The notes: a model not told the origin generated them from the letters alone. A stretch of 64,000 nt of DNA from a virus (IMGVR_UViG_3300012933_000236:1-64000), one strand, 5' to 3'; shown: positions 18,123 through 27,224, counted from the stretch's first letter. Program-made: numbers and translations.

Positions 18123-18311
18123 GTGCAGGGGCATAACTTTAACCGTACATTACATGCCAAAGGTATGTTTGTGTATTGTAACAACTGTGGACTTATTCGT
18201 TTGAATAATCGTGCTACTGAAAAGCAGGTTAATAAGCCTTGCGTTGGATTACGAGAGCTAGAAGACGAAGAGTATTTAAAAATCAAAGGACAAATGAAAG
18301 GTAGAAAATGA
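18123..18311 (+). CDS. small Zn-ribbon-like protein
   Basis: 62 aa with CNNCG...C. Confidence 0.35.
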   Translation: MQGHNFNRTLHAKGMFVYCNNCGLIRLNNRATEKQVNKPCVGLRELEDEEYLKIKGQMKGRK

Positions 18312-18877
18312 AAATATTTACAAGTGATCTACACCACATGCATAATCGCATTGTTGAATTTACAAATAGAGGTGCTGATACAACTCAAGAAAATCACACC
18401 GATTGGTTAACTGAAGTATGGAACAACAATGTAACTTCTGGTGATCTTGTATATCATCTAGGAGATTTCTCTTTTGCTAAAAAGTACGATGATATTGCAA
18501 AGTTTACCTTTCACTTGAACGGTCAAAAGATTTTCATCAAAGGTAATCATGATAAGCGTGAAAACTTAGATCAACTCGTGAAAGACAATCTAATTCAAGC
18601 ATGGTATGATTACAAAGAGATGAAAGTGCAAGAGATTCCTACTGTGCTATTTCACTTTCCTATCTCAAGTTGGCATCGTCAAGGTCATGGTGCATTTCAT
18701 CTACATGGTCATTGTCATGGAAATCACAAAGATAATAAAGGTAAAATGCTTGACATCGGCTTAGATTTCGCATACAATGTATTTGGAGAGCACAGATTCT
18801 TTACAGAAGATGACATTGTGCAGCTACTAAAAGACAAGGAAACTCATATTTCAGATCACCACAAAGAAAGATTATAA
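18308..18877 (+). CDS. calcineurin-like metallophosphoesterase
   Basis: 189 aa with DLHHMH, LGDFS, and GNHD motifs. Confidence 0.8.
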   Translation: MKIFTSDLHHMHNRIVEFTNRGADTTQENHTDWLTEVWNNNVTSGDLVYHLGDFSFAKKYDDIAKFTFHLNGQKIFIKGNHDKRENLDQLVKDNLIQAWYDYKEMKVQEIPTVLFHFPISSWHRQGHGAFHLHGHCHGNHKDNKGKMLDIGLDFAYNVFGEHRFFTEDDIVQLLKDKETHISDHHKERL

Positions 18878-19546
18878 ATGCAAAAGATTGAAGATTACAC
18901 CACCGCAAAGCTAATTGCTTACTCACAGGCTACAGAAGAGTTTAAAGGGCAGTTTAAGACCATTAAAGACCTTGTAGCATACTGCGCTAGGGTAAGTAAC
19001 CCAAGCAACCAACTCAACATGGAAACCTCTGATAAACTCATTAGTTATCTACTGAAGCACAAGCATTTTAGTCCATTTGAAATGGCTAGTGCAACTATTG
19101 AAGTTGAAACAACTCGTGACATTGCTCGTCAGCTATTACGTCATCGTAGTTTTACATTTCAGGAGTTTAGCCAGCGTTATGCAGACCCTACAAAGGATTT
19201 GACGTTTGTAACTCGTGAAGCACGACTGCAAGACCCTAAGAATCGTCAGAACTCTGTTATTACTGAAAATCTTGCATTGCAATCGCTATGGGAGAACTAT
19301 CAGAACAAAGTAATTCAGACTGCACAAGATGCGTATGCTTTTGCTATTGCTAACGGTATCGCCAAAGAGCAAGCTCGTGCTGTACTACCAGAAGGTTGCA
19401 CAATGTCTCGTTTATATGTTCAAGGAACTATCCGTAGTTTTATTCACTACATTGAAGTGCGTAAGACTAATGGTACACAACTAGAACACGTTGTATTGGC
19501 ACAAAAAGCTGCAGAAGCTATCTCAAAGGTTTTCAATGTTGAATGA
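18878..19546 (+). CDS. thyX: flavin-dependent thymidylate synthase ThyX
   Basis: 222 aa. RHRSFTFQEFSQRY matches the ThyX RHR-x7-S signature. Confidence 0.9.
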   Translation: MQKIEDYTTAKLIAYSQATEEFKGQFKTIKDLVAYCARVSNPSNQLNMETSDKLISYLLKHKHFSPFEMASATIEVETTRDIARQLLRHRSFTFQEFSQRYADPTKDLTFVTREARLQDPKNRQNSVITENLALQSLWENYQNKVIQTAQDAYAFAIANGIAKEQARAVLPEGCTMSRLYVQGTIRSFIHYIEVRKTNGTQLEHVVLAQKAAEAISKVFNVE

Positions 19547-19790
19547 ACATGATATAAACGATTGGCAAATGATAACAGAACCTTTGAAACTTAAAGAGTT
19601 AAAAGAAGGTGAAATGTTTAGTTTCTTTGGAGATAATAACAACCGAATCTTCAAAGTAATGTGTAAAGCTAATCAAATTGTATTCGCAGAAACAGCAGAA
19701 ATATTCAATGCTTTTGCTTTACCAGATTTTATGGAGGTATTCCCTTGGGTGATAAACAAAAACGTAAATCAAAAAGCTACAGACAACTGA
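19536..19790 (+). CDS. hypothetical protein
   Basis: Start at MLNEHDINDW, overlapping the thyX end. Confidence 0.4.
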   Translation: MLNEHDINDWQMITEPLKLKELKEGEMFSFFGDNNNRIFKVMCKANQIVFAETAEIFNAFALPDFMEVFPWVINKNVNQKATDN

Positions 19791-20074
19791 TTCAAATGGT
19801 AGCTAAGTCTTCAGGTTATCATGTATATGAAGTAGAAGATGTACTTCAGCACTTGGTAGGTAATATTCAAGTAGTACTTGCTGCTGATATGCCTGTGAAG
19901 ATTAGTGGTCTTGGTACAATGCGTGTAAAAAAGATGAAAATTAAAGGTATTCCCGGTAAACATGCAGAGAATACATGCTATACTGCGTTCAGGTTGTCAG
20001 TCACCTCTGACACAGGATTGCAAAATCACTTAAAGGAGCATCATGTCGAATCAACAGACCCCTTCAACTACTAA
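19745..20074 (+). CDS. HU/IHF-like DNA-binding protein (probable start at MVAKSSG, 19796)
   Basis: ISGLGTMRVKKMKIKGIPGKHAENTCYTAFRLS resembles the HU arm and beta-ribbon. Confidence 0.45.
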   Translation: MGDKQKRKSKSYRQLIQMVAKSSGYHVYEVEDVLQHLVGNIQVVLAADMPVKISGLGTMRVKKMKIKGIPGKHAENTCYTAFRLSVTSDTGLQNHLKEHHVESTDPFNY

Positions 20075-20191
20075 TTGGCCTTTTGCGTTTATCAATGGTG
20101 AGCGTACTAAGGAATCACAGCAGTTGCTAGATTCCAAGCATTATAAAACCAAAGAAGTACTTGATACCAATGATTATGAAGAGGCTCTATT

Positions 20192-20641
20192 TTGAACGAA
20201 GCAGTTAAAAACTTTAGATTGATCAGTATTGACAAAATCTTAACTGATAAGAAGTTACCTAATTGGGTACTCAAGGCTGCTTTTGAAGTTAAGCATTCTG
20301 GTTTTCTACCAGCAGGTGAATACTTTGAAAAACTAGATGATGTTGAAATCTATGAAATGGCAAGTGCATTGGAATATATTCACACTGCTAACTTTCAGCA
20401 GTTCAATGTACTTTCTGAACAAGCAGAGAAAGACTTAAGTAGTCTAAGCTTACTTTGCTTTATCTTGGCATTAGGTGAAGGTGAAATAGAAGTTAATCCT
20501 GATAGTCTATCTTCTATGCTACAATATTTATTCCTACTTGTGAATATTGAAAGTATGCACAGGGAAGGTAAAGTAGAAGTTATTCGTGAGCATTATTCGT
20601 TATTCGGTGGTGACAAACCTGTAGTTAAAGCAAAGGAGTAA
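20192..20641 (+). CDS. hypothetical protein
   Basis: 149-aa ORF. Confidence 0.5.
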   Translation: MNEAVKNFRLISIDKILTDKKLPNWVLKAAFEVKHSGFLPAGEYFEKLDDVEIYEMASALEYIHTANFQQFNVLSEQAEKDLSSLSLLCFILALGEGEIEVNPDSLSSMLQYLFLLVNIESMHREGKVEVIREHYSLFGGDKPVVKAKE

Positions 20642-20643
20642 TC

Positions 20644-21120
20644 ATGAAAGTAAACATTGGTCGATATCCAAAAGGTGAAACTGAACGTAAAATTAGCGTT
20701 AAGATTGACAAATGGGATACATGGAGTGCAGATCATACGCTGGCACTGATTATTGCACCTTTGTTGCAGCAAATGAAAGAACAAAAGCAAGGTGCGCCAA
20801 ATGTAGATGATGCAGATGTACCTGAGCATTTACGTAGCACTGCTGTAGCACCTAAAGAGTGGGATTGGGACACAGATGATAACTGGCACTTACGTTGGGA
20901 TTATGTGCTAGATGAAATGATCTTTGCAATGCAAGAAATTGCTTCATGTAAAGAAGGTGAAAATGCTTTTTATGATCATTCACAAGTTGATGAAGGTGCA
21001 GGAATAAACGATCAAATCAATGCTATCAAAGTCGATTGGGAAGGTTTACGAGAACATCAAGCTCGTGTACAAAAAGGTTGTGAACTGTTTGGTAAATATT
21101 TTCAAGCATTGTGGAGTTAA
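20644..21120 (+). CDS. hypothetical protein
   Basis: 158-aa ORF, RBS AAGGAG. Confidence 0.5.
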   Translation: MKVNIGRYPKGETERKISVKIDKWDTWSADHTLALIIAPLLQQMKEQKQGAPNVDDADVPEHLRSTAVAPKEWDWDTDDNWHLRWDYVLDEMIFAMQEIASCKEGENAFYDHSQVDEGAGINDQINAIKVDWEGLREHQARVQKGCELFGKYFQALWS

Positions 21121-21368
21121 CGATGAACAGAACATTTAAAGAATTAGAACAGTTGGCATACATGAGTAATCTACCTAAGATTGCTGCTCTTTATGCACAG
21201 CTAGATGACAACGAACAAGATGAATATGAAATCGAAATACTAAATGCTAAAATTATTGATTTAGAATTTGACTATGAATATTCTCAACGGAAAGTATATC
21301 ACTTAGAAAATAAAATCGAGTCACTTGAAGATAAACTTAATAAAATCGAAGATGTCATCAATGAGTGA
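21111..21368 (+). CDS. hypothetical coiled-coil protein
   Basis: 85-aa ORF. Confidence 0.45.
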   Translation: MELTMNRTFKELEQLAYMSNLPKIAALYAQLDDNEQDEYEIEILNAKIIDLEFDYEYSQRKVYHLENKIESLEDKLNKIEDVINE

Positions 21369-21632
21369 AAAAATTGATGTACAATCAAGGTTCTCTGAGG
21401 GTGATCTAGAGTATGTGACCGAAGAAGACAGTTATCAGGTGCTGCAATCGTTTGATAGCTGGCATGAATACAAACATGAAAGGAATGAAGAATGAAATAC
21501 GTAGTAAAATGGAATAACGGTTATTGGAAACTATTTGATATGCACGAATACCGTGACGTATCAATGCATGGTTTAAAGACTGATGCAGATAAAGCTTGTG
21601 CAAGGATGAACGCACAGAGTTAAGCTTTAATA

Positions 21633-21659
21633 CCCTAGTTAACGCTAGGGTTTTTCTTT
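21633..21659 (+). terminator. rho-independent terminator
   Basis: CCCTAGTTAACGCTAGGG hairpin followed by TTTTTCTTTC. Confidence 0.6.
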
Positions 21660-21681
21660 CGTTTACATTTAGGAGAATCAT

Positions 21682-21846
21682 ATGCAAAAAGATACAGAAG
21701 TTCTAATCGTTCGCAATACACTAGTCAATCGTTTGTATGATGTAGTTATGGTAAATTATTTTCAAGAAACTGTAGATTTCATCGTAAAAGGTGTACAATA
21801 CGACCATGCTGTAGCGATGATGCTAGAGCTAGAAGAAACTAACTAA
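21682..21846 (+). CDS. small hypothetical protein (54 aa)
   Basis: RBS AGGAG; MQKDTEVLIVRNTLVNRLYD... Confidence 0.35.
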   Translation: MQKDTEVLIVRNTLVNRLYDVVMVNYFQETVDFIVKGVQYDHAVAMMLELEETN

Positions 21847-22003
21847 ACTTAAGGAAGATCATGTCACAAGGTTCATTTTTGCAGAACAACAAACGTAACA
21901 AGCGCAAGTTTGATGATGGTGGTTACGAGGAAAATGTTAAGCCTACCAAAAAACCTAAGAAGGACTTTAGTAAACAACGTGAGCAAAAGCGTGGAGAGTT
22001 TGT

Positions 22004-22180
22004 ATGAAAACAAAATTTAAAGATGTACCGTGGGGTGTCTATGTTGCAGCAGTCTTTTTGGTGCTAGTATGGGTTATGCTGTGTTTTGTGTATCCTGCGT
22101 TATTGTTTGGTTTGACTGTTGGTATTGGAACAGTCTTATCACTTGCTAGAGTATTGCATTACTTGTCATATGGAAATTAA
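22004..22180 (+). CDS. small membrane protein (58 aa)
   Basis: MKTKFKDVPWGVYVAAVFLVLVWVML...; RBS GGAG. Confidence 0.35.
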   Translation: MKTKFKDVPWGVYVAAVFLVLVWVMLCFVYPALLFGLTVGIGTVLSLARVLHYLSYGN

Positions 22181-22181
22181 T

Positions 22182-22358
22182 ATGAAACAACAAACATGCC
22201 TAATGTGCGATAAACCTGCAGATTGGATTCGTGGTACTCAGTTTGCAGGTGATCATCCGTTTTGTGAAGAACACGCAAGACAAGAGAGAGGATTTGGCAT
22301 CAACGATTCATATGAATATTGGTATAAAGTTAAGAAAGAAAATGATGCAACTTCTTAA
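22182..22358 (+). CDS. small Cys-rich protein
   Basis: MKQQTCLMCDKP...CEEHARQ; start moved from the listed ORF. Confidence 0.4.
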   Translation: MKQQTCLMCDKPADWIRGTQFAGDHPFCEEHARQERGFGINDSYEYWYKVKKENDATS

Positions 22359-22899
22359 ACGCTGGTCAATGTACATCGCAATCTTTATTGTTGCTATGTT
22401 TCTTACAGATCAATATCGAGAGTATCGTCAGCTACAGGAGCTTGAAGCTGTACGTCAAGATTTGATTAGGCAAGAGAAGGAAGCTGAAAAGAACTGCCTT
22501 AAGAACGCTTTGTGGTATGAAGCAGGTAATCAATCGCTATACGGTATTGAAGCTGTAGCTGCAGTGATTCACAACCGTAAGATTCATCCTGATTACCCTA
22601 GTACATACTGTGGTGTAATTAATCAACGCAGTCAATTTAGCTATACATTGCTAGGAAAACCTGATGTTGAAATCATCAAGGCTAACTTTAGACCAATGGA
22701 AGTAAAAGCTTATGCTAAAGTTGAAGAAGTAGCTGAAAGAGTCATGTCGGAAGAATTCAAACCTGTGTTAGAATCTTCAGTGCGTTTCTATGCAACAAAG
22801 CAGATTAAAAACTACTGGACCAAAACCAAGAAAGTAGCTGCTAGAATTGGTGATCATGTGTTCTATAAAGATAAGGAGAAATCTAATGACAAACGCTAA
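22342..22899 (+). CDS. cell-wall hydrolase, SleB/Hydrolase_2 family, with N-terminal signal-anchor helix (candidate endolysin)
   Basis: Start at MMQLLKRWSMYIAIFIVAMFL (TM helix). NALWYEAGNQSLYGIEAVAAVIHNRKIHPDYPSTYCGVINQRSQFS matches the SleB core. Confidence 0.65.
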   Translation: MMQLLKRWSMYIAIFIVAMFLTDQYREYRQLQELEAVRQDLIRQEKEAEKNCLKNALWYEAGNQSLYGIEAVAAVIHNRKIHPDYPSTYCGVINQRSQFSYTLLGKPDVEIIKANFRPMEVKAYAKVEEVAERVMSEEFKPVLESSVRFYATKQIKNYWTKTKKVAARIGDHVFYKDKEKSNDKR

Positions 22900-23239
22900 T
22901 AAACCCCATGTACATGCTGAAGTTATTAAAGCTTGGGCTGATGGTGCTGAGATTGAATATCGTAATACTTCTAACGATATGTGGCGAGATATACTAGGTA
23001 ATAGTCCTGCTTGGCACTCCTATGTACAATATCGTGCAAAACCACAACCTGTATTTAAATATCACGGTATTATGAAAGGTTTTGAAAATCAAGGCTTCCA
23101 TGATTTTAATCACACGACTGGTTATCATAGCTGTGCATCATATGTTCGTTCAGCAGAATCTGACAAATGGAAAGTTATTGCAATTGTAAAAACTACATTT
23201 GTAGAAGGTGTACCAGTTGCAATTGAACTTTTAAAATAA
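22886..23239 (+). CDS. hypothetical protein
   Basis: Start at MTNANKPHVHAE with RBS GGAG. Confidence 0.5.
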   Translation: MTNANKPHVHAEVIKAWADGAEIEYRNTSNDMWRDILGNSPAWHSYVQYRAKPQPVFKYHGIMKGFENQGFHDFNHTTGYHSCASYVRSAESDKWKVIAIVKTTFVEGVPVAIELLK

Positions 23240-23250
23240 GACCTTTATTT

Positions 23251-23281
23251 CCCTGTGGGCATATCCTACAGGGATTTTTTG
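23251..23281 (+). terminator. rho-independent terminator
   Basis: CCCTGTGGGCATATCCTACAGGG hairpin followed by ATTTTTTGTTG. Confidence 0.6.
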
Positions 23282-23342
23282 TTGTATAATTCATTCCAGA
23301 CATTAACTACATAGAGGATTTCAAACATCTATAAAGTATACC

Positions 23343-23371
23343 TTGAAAATTTAGGTAAATTGTGATATAAT
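23343..23371 (+). promoter_or_regulatory. sigma70-type promoter: TTGAAA, 17-nt spacer, TATAAT (with TGATATAAT extended -10)
   Basis: ttgaaaatttaggtaaattgtgatataat, 24 nt before the HNH gene start. Confidence 0.55.
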
Positions 23372-23395
23372 AGAGTTTTAACTTTAAGGGATATC

Positions 23396-24013
23396 ATGAA
23401 AATTTGCACAAAATGTAAGATAGAACAACCATTTGAAATGTTTGCTAGAGCTAACACAAGAAAGTCTGGTTATCAACCTTCTTGTAAAGTTTGTAATGCA
23501 AAATATAGGTCAGAAAATGCAGATAAACTTAAAGTTACCAATGCAGAATATTATGATAAGAACAGAATTGAAATATTAGAACAAAAGAAAGAGTATTATT
23601 TAGATCACAGAAGTGAAATACTTAGTGATAAGGTCATGTACCATGAAACGAACAGAGAAAAAATATTAGAATATCGTCAGAAATACCGAGAAGAGAATGT
23701 TGAAAAAATTAAAGAATGGGAAATCAACAACAGACATATTATCGCTAAAAATGCAGCCAATAGGAGAGCTAGAAAATTAAAAGCAACCCCAAATTGGTTA
23801 ACAGAAGATGAGAAAATGGAAATACTTGGTTTATATTTCTTGTGTAAGATTATAACAGAAGATACAGGTATTCAACACAATGTTGACCACATCGTACCAT
23901 TAAAGGGTAAGACTGTTTGTGGTCTACATGTACCTTGGAATTTGCAAATAATCTCTGCAGAAGAAAATTTCAGAAAAAGTAACAGATTGGATTTTATTCT
24001 CTCAGAATCATGA
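23396..24013 (+). CDS. HNH endonuclease with N-terminal Cys4 zinc ribbon
   Basis: 205 aa. CTKCK...CKVCN, then DHIVPLKGKTVCGLHVPWNLQIISAEENFRKSN (HNH). Confidence 0.75.
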   Translation: MKICTKCKIEQPFEMFARANTRKSGYQPSCKVCNAKYRSENADKLKVTNAEYYDKNRIEILEQKKEYYLDHRSEILSDKVMYHETNREKILEYRQKYREENVEKIKEWEINNRHIIAKNAANRRARKLKATPNWLTEDEKMEILGLYFLCKIITEDTGIQHNVDHIVPLKGKTVCGLHVPWNLQIISAEENFRKSNRLDFILSES

Positions 24014-24045
24014 TATAATCTAAGCTTCAACAACAGGAGTATGCT

Positions 24046-24303
24046 ATGATGACAATGAAAGAGTTTAACTTGGGTGAGTTCCAAGAGGAATCCTACGGTA
24101 ACTATTTTACTTACCGTAAGACTACTAATGTATGGGCTATTGAGCATGGTTTCATGCATGAAGTTGACGTAGGAGATTGTCAGGTGCGATTTGCACGAGT
24201 GCTAAAAACTGTAGCTTATATCTGTACAGATGAAGATGCAAATTGCAAACCTGTGTATGAAATTTGGAAGATTAAGAAACACAACTTGTACAATAAGGAC
24301 TGA
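24046..24303 (+). CDS. hypothetical protein
   Basis: 85 aa, RBS AGGAG. Confidence 0.5.
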   Translation: MMTMKEFNLGEFQEESYGNYFTYRKTTNVWAIEHGFMHEVDVGDCQVRFARVLKTVAYICTDEDANCKPVYEIWKIKKHNLYNKD

Positions 24304-24489
24304 TCATGCTTACTGCAATATTTGGATTGTTTGTTTGTGCAGCATATGATGCACCTTGGTGGTTATTTCTGATTGGATTTCTTTGTGTATGCTTTGACTG
24401 ATAAACCTGAGTAAATTGTAGGGTTATTCTGAAAGCTTAAAAATCCGTGATACAATTCATACATCGACAACACAACTACTGGAGTTTAT

Positions 24490-24948
24490 ATGCTGACTTC
24501 TCGCTATATTCAACCTGCATTGCCTACACCTACTCGCACTGGTGAATCCAAGGATTGTGCAGTAAGAGCACTTGCTGTAGCTGCTGTAATGGACTATGAT
24601 GATGCTCATGAAATGCTTGCATACTATGGTCGCACTGATGGTAAAGGTACAAAGGATGATGTACTGTTTACGTCATATCAAGCTGCAGGTTTTCGCAACA
24701 TTGAAGTCTTCGGTACAACTAAAGCAGCACGTTTCTATGCTCGTAAGTACGGAAATATTGTACAAAATATCAATAAAGGTATCACGCTGAAGAATTTCTG
24801 TAAGAAGTATAACAAGGGTCGTTACATTGTAGTATATGCAGGTCATGCGCTTGCTGTAGTCAATGGTGAAGTGATTGACAACGGTTTGAATCCTGCAAAT
24901 AAACGCATAGTGCTGGCATTTAAAAAAGTTGAAAAGTTCGGTGAATAA
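24490..24948 (+). CDS. hypothetical protein with possible Cys-His-Asp papain-like triad
   Basis: 152 aa. SKDCAVRALAVAA near the N-terminus, YAGHALAVVNGEVIDN near the C-terminus. Preceded by a TGATACAAT extended -10 at 24448-24456. Confidence 0.45.
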   Translation: MLTSRYIQPALPTPTRTGESKDCAVRALAVAAVMDYDDAHEMLAYYGRTDGKGTKDDVLFTSYQAAGFRNIEVFGTTKAARFYARKYGNIVQNINKGITLKNFCKKYNKGRYIVVYAGHALAVVNGEVIDNGLNPANKRIVLAFKKVEKFGE

Positions 24949-24999
24949 TCAAAAATCTCTGGTATAATTTAATCTTCAACAAACGTAAAGGAAATCACA

Positions 25000-25263
25000 A
25001 TGTCAAGCTCTAAAGTTTTCGCCAACATGATCGACCAATCCAACGGTAAGATGGTTACTGTTACTTTCATCAAACAAGATGGAAGCACACGAATTCTCAA
25101 TGGACGTTTGGGTGTAAAGAAATATCTCAAAGGTGGTAAACTCAATGTAGATACCAATGAATACATCAGTATTTATGATGTGCAAAACAAAGGTTATCGC
25201 AGTGTAAATCGCAATACAATTGTTGCTTTGCGTATGCAAGGTATTGAAGCTGTAGCTGTTTGA
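25000..25263 (+). CDS. hypothetical protein
   Basis: 87 aa. Preceded by a TGGTATAAT extended -10 at 24970-24978. Confidence 0.5.
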   Translation: MSSSKVFANMIDQSNGKMVTVTFIKQDGSTRILNGRLGVKKYLKGGKLNVDTNEYISIYDVQNKGYRSVNRNTIVALRMQGIEAVAV

Positions 25264-25275
25264 TTGGAGTTAATC

Positions 25276-25608
25276 ATGCAATTTGTACGTAATAAAGAAC
25301 TTTCAGTTGCTGCACGTAAACGACTCATTAAGGGTCTTAGTGAAGTTGCTGAGTTGTATTTTAGCGATAAGTACTGGCAATGCAGTGGTGTACCTGATAC
25401 AGTCTACATTGGTTGTGGTATTTGCAAAGCCTTGAGTGATCTCGGATACAAATATTCTTACATGGATATGGTAAATCTATTAGATGAAATGAATGAGTAT
25501 TCATATGGTCCATATTCATGTACACCAAAACAATGGGAACCAAGAGCAAATATGTGTTTGTTTCTGGTAGAATATCTCAAGGATACGATCAAAAAGGAAA
25601 AAGTATGA
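25276..25608 (+). CDS. hypothetical protein, paralog A of a duplicated pair
   Basis: MQFVRNKELSVAARKRLIKGLSEVAELYF...EPRANMCLFLVEYLKDTIKKEKV; the 5' 35 nt are identical to those of the paralog at 25943. Confidence 0.5.
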   Translation: MQFVRNKELSVAARKRLIKGLSEVAELYFSDKYWQCSGVPDTVYIGCGICKALSDLGYKYSYMDMVNLLDEMNEYSYGPYSCTPKQWEPRANMCLFLVEYLKDTIKKEKV

Positions 25609-25940
25609 AGACATATACAATCGCTGAAATCTTGCACTACGCTGCAGATAACAAACTTGCAAATGAAGCAACTGAGTATTGGAAACATGGTGGAAACAAA
25701 GAAAAATTCTCATGCTGTGCTATGCAAGAAGCTGTGTATGATTTATATCGTAATTCACCAGAGCCAGATAAACGTGAAAAACTAATTGCCAGAATTTCTA
25801 AAGGTTTAGAAGCAATGGGTTGCCCTACAGGTTCTTCACACGCTTTCAAAGATAATCGTAAATTTGTAGAGAAAAATCAACAAGCACGATACGCATGGTT
25901 GAAATTTGCTGCTACAATGGCAGAAGAGCAAGGGGTTTAA
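25605..25940 (+). CDS. hypothetical protein
   Basis: Start at MKTYTIAEIL with RBS AAAGGAAA. Confidence 0.45.
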   Translation: MKTYTIAEILHYAADNKLANEATEYWKHGGNKEKFSCCAMQEAVYDLYRNSPEPDKREKLIARISKGLEAMGCPTGSSHAFKDNRKFVEKNQQARYAWLKFAATMAEEQGV

Positions 25941-25942
25941 TC

Positions 25943-26284
25943 ATGCAATTTGTACGTAATAAAGAACTGACATTGAAAGATCGTAAAGAACTTATCAGAG
26001 GTCTTGCTCAAGTTGCTGAAATGTATTTCAATTCACAATATAGATTTGGAAGATTTGAAGGCAATGAAGATGTAGAACATGTTAATATCACAAACGGTAT
26101 TTGCAATGCATTGTGTGACTTGGACTTAGGAATTGCAGGATATTCATTGATTGAAAAATTGCAGATTGAAATGGACAATGATTTTGACAACTATTGTGAA
26201 ATTACTTCACCAGAAGGTTGGGAACCACGAGCGAACATGTGTTTGTTTATGGTAGAATATCTCAAAGATACAATTAAAAGGTAA
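25943..26284 (+). CDS. hypothetical protein, paralog B of a duplicated pair
   Basis: MQFVRNKELTLKDRKELIRGLAQVAEMYF...EPRANMCLFMVEYLKDTIKR. Confidence 0.5.
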   Translation: MQFVRNKELTLKDRKELIRGLAQVAEMYFNSQYRFGRFEGNEDVEHVNITNGICNALCDLDLGIAGYSLIEKLQIEMDNDFDNYCEITSPEGWEPRANMCLFMVEYLKDTIKR

Positions 26285-26470
26285 AGGTATGATACAATTC
26301 ATCACAGAATACGCAATACCTGTTCTTGTTGCAGATTTACCACAGGAATATAATGACTAAAAAGCTAAAGAAACTAAAGCTTAAACAAAGAAATCACCTT
26401 GTTGCTATTGTTATGCGTAAAGCTGTACAAAAGCACAAAGATCGTAAACGTGAGGCTAAAAACAAAGGAT

Positions 26471-26611
26471 ATGATGAAAAAAGTTAATCTATTTTTGATG
26501 GTATTGTTTGGTATCAATATTGGTATTGGTATTATGTCGGGTAGTCTTGCAGCTATCTGTGGGTGGACTGCTGCATTGATTGCACAGATTCAACTTTGCA
26601 ATTTGGAGTGA
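26471..26611 (+). CDS. small membrane protein
   Basis: MMKKVNLFLMVLFGINIGIGIMSGSLAAI... Confidence 0.35.
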   Translation: MMKKVNLFLMVLFGINIGIGIMSGSLAAICGWTAALIAQIQLCNLE

Positions 26612-26616
26612 ATAAT

Positions 26617-26826
26617 ATGAAAAAATATGAAGCAAAAGACGAACTAGACTATCTGCAATTGATTGAAGAAGTTGCACTAATCGACAAAGCTGCAGCAGAC
26701 TACATGCAAGGTCCAATGCGTGAAATTACTGGTTTTGCTGCATCAGATGATCTTTGGGATGTAGTTGTTTGGGAACATACTGCACAAGGTTGTGATTACT
26801 GGTTTAATATTGCGATTCAACTATGA
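26617..26826 (+). CDS. hypothetical protein
   Basis: Start MKKYEAKDEL, RBS GGAG. Confidence 0.45.
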   Translation: MKKYEAKDELDYLQLIEEVALIDKAAADYMQGPMREITGFAASDDLWDVVVWEHTAQGCDYWFNIAIQL

Positions 26827-27032
26827 ACAGAATTACATATAACAGTTTCAATGGTAAATTCTTCTATGAAATGACAAAATCTGAGTTAGAATATTGCATG
26901 AAGGTTATCAAAGATCAAATTGATGCGTATTCTCCAAGTATTTCGGGTATTTGTATTTCAGATCAAGAAGATCAGCAGTATCGTTGGAATGCTTGGCAAA
27001 ATGCAAACTTTAATTTAAATAAATTACTTTAA
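26823..27032 (+). CDS. hypothetical protein
   Basis: 69 aa. Confidence 0.45.
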   Translation: MNRITYNSFNGKFFYEMTKSELEYCMKVIKDQIDAYSPSISGICISDQEDQQYRWNAWQNANFNLNKLL

Positions 27033-27041
27033 GGAAATATT

Positions 27042-27224
27042 ATGTTTATTGAACTTAAAACATCAGATGGCAGCACTACATTTGTATTGAATTGTTTTCA
27101 AATTGTATCTGTGCATGAAAATATTTCAGGTGCTACTGATCTTTACAGCATTCATGACGAAAAGTTTATTACTAGTGAAAAGTATAAAGATGTGATTGAA
27201 AAACTAAATGCAGTTATTAACTAA
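27042..27224 (+). CDS. hypothetical protein
   Basis: 60 aa. Confidence 0.4.
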   Translation: MFIELKTSDGSTTFVLNCFQIVSVHENISGATDLYSIHDEKFITSEKYKDVIEKLNAVIN

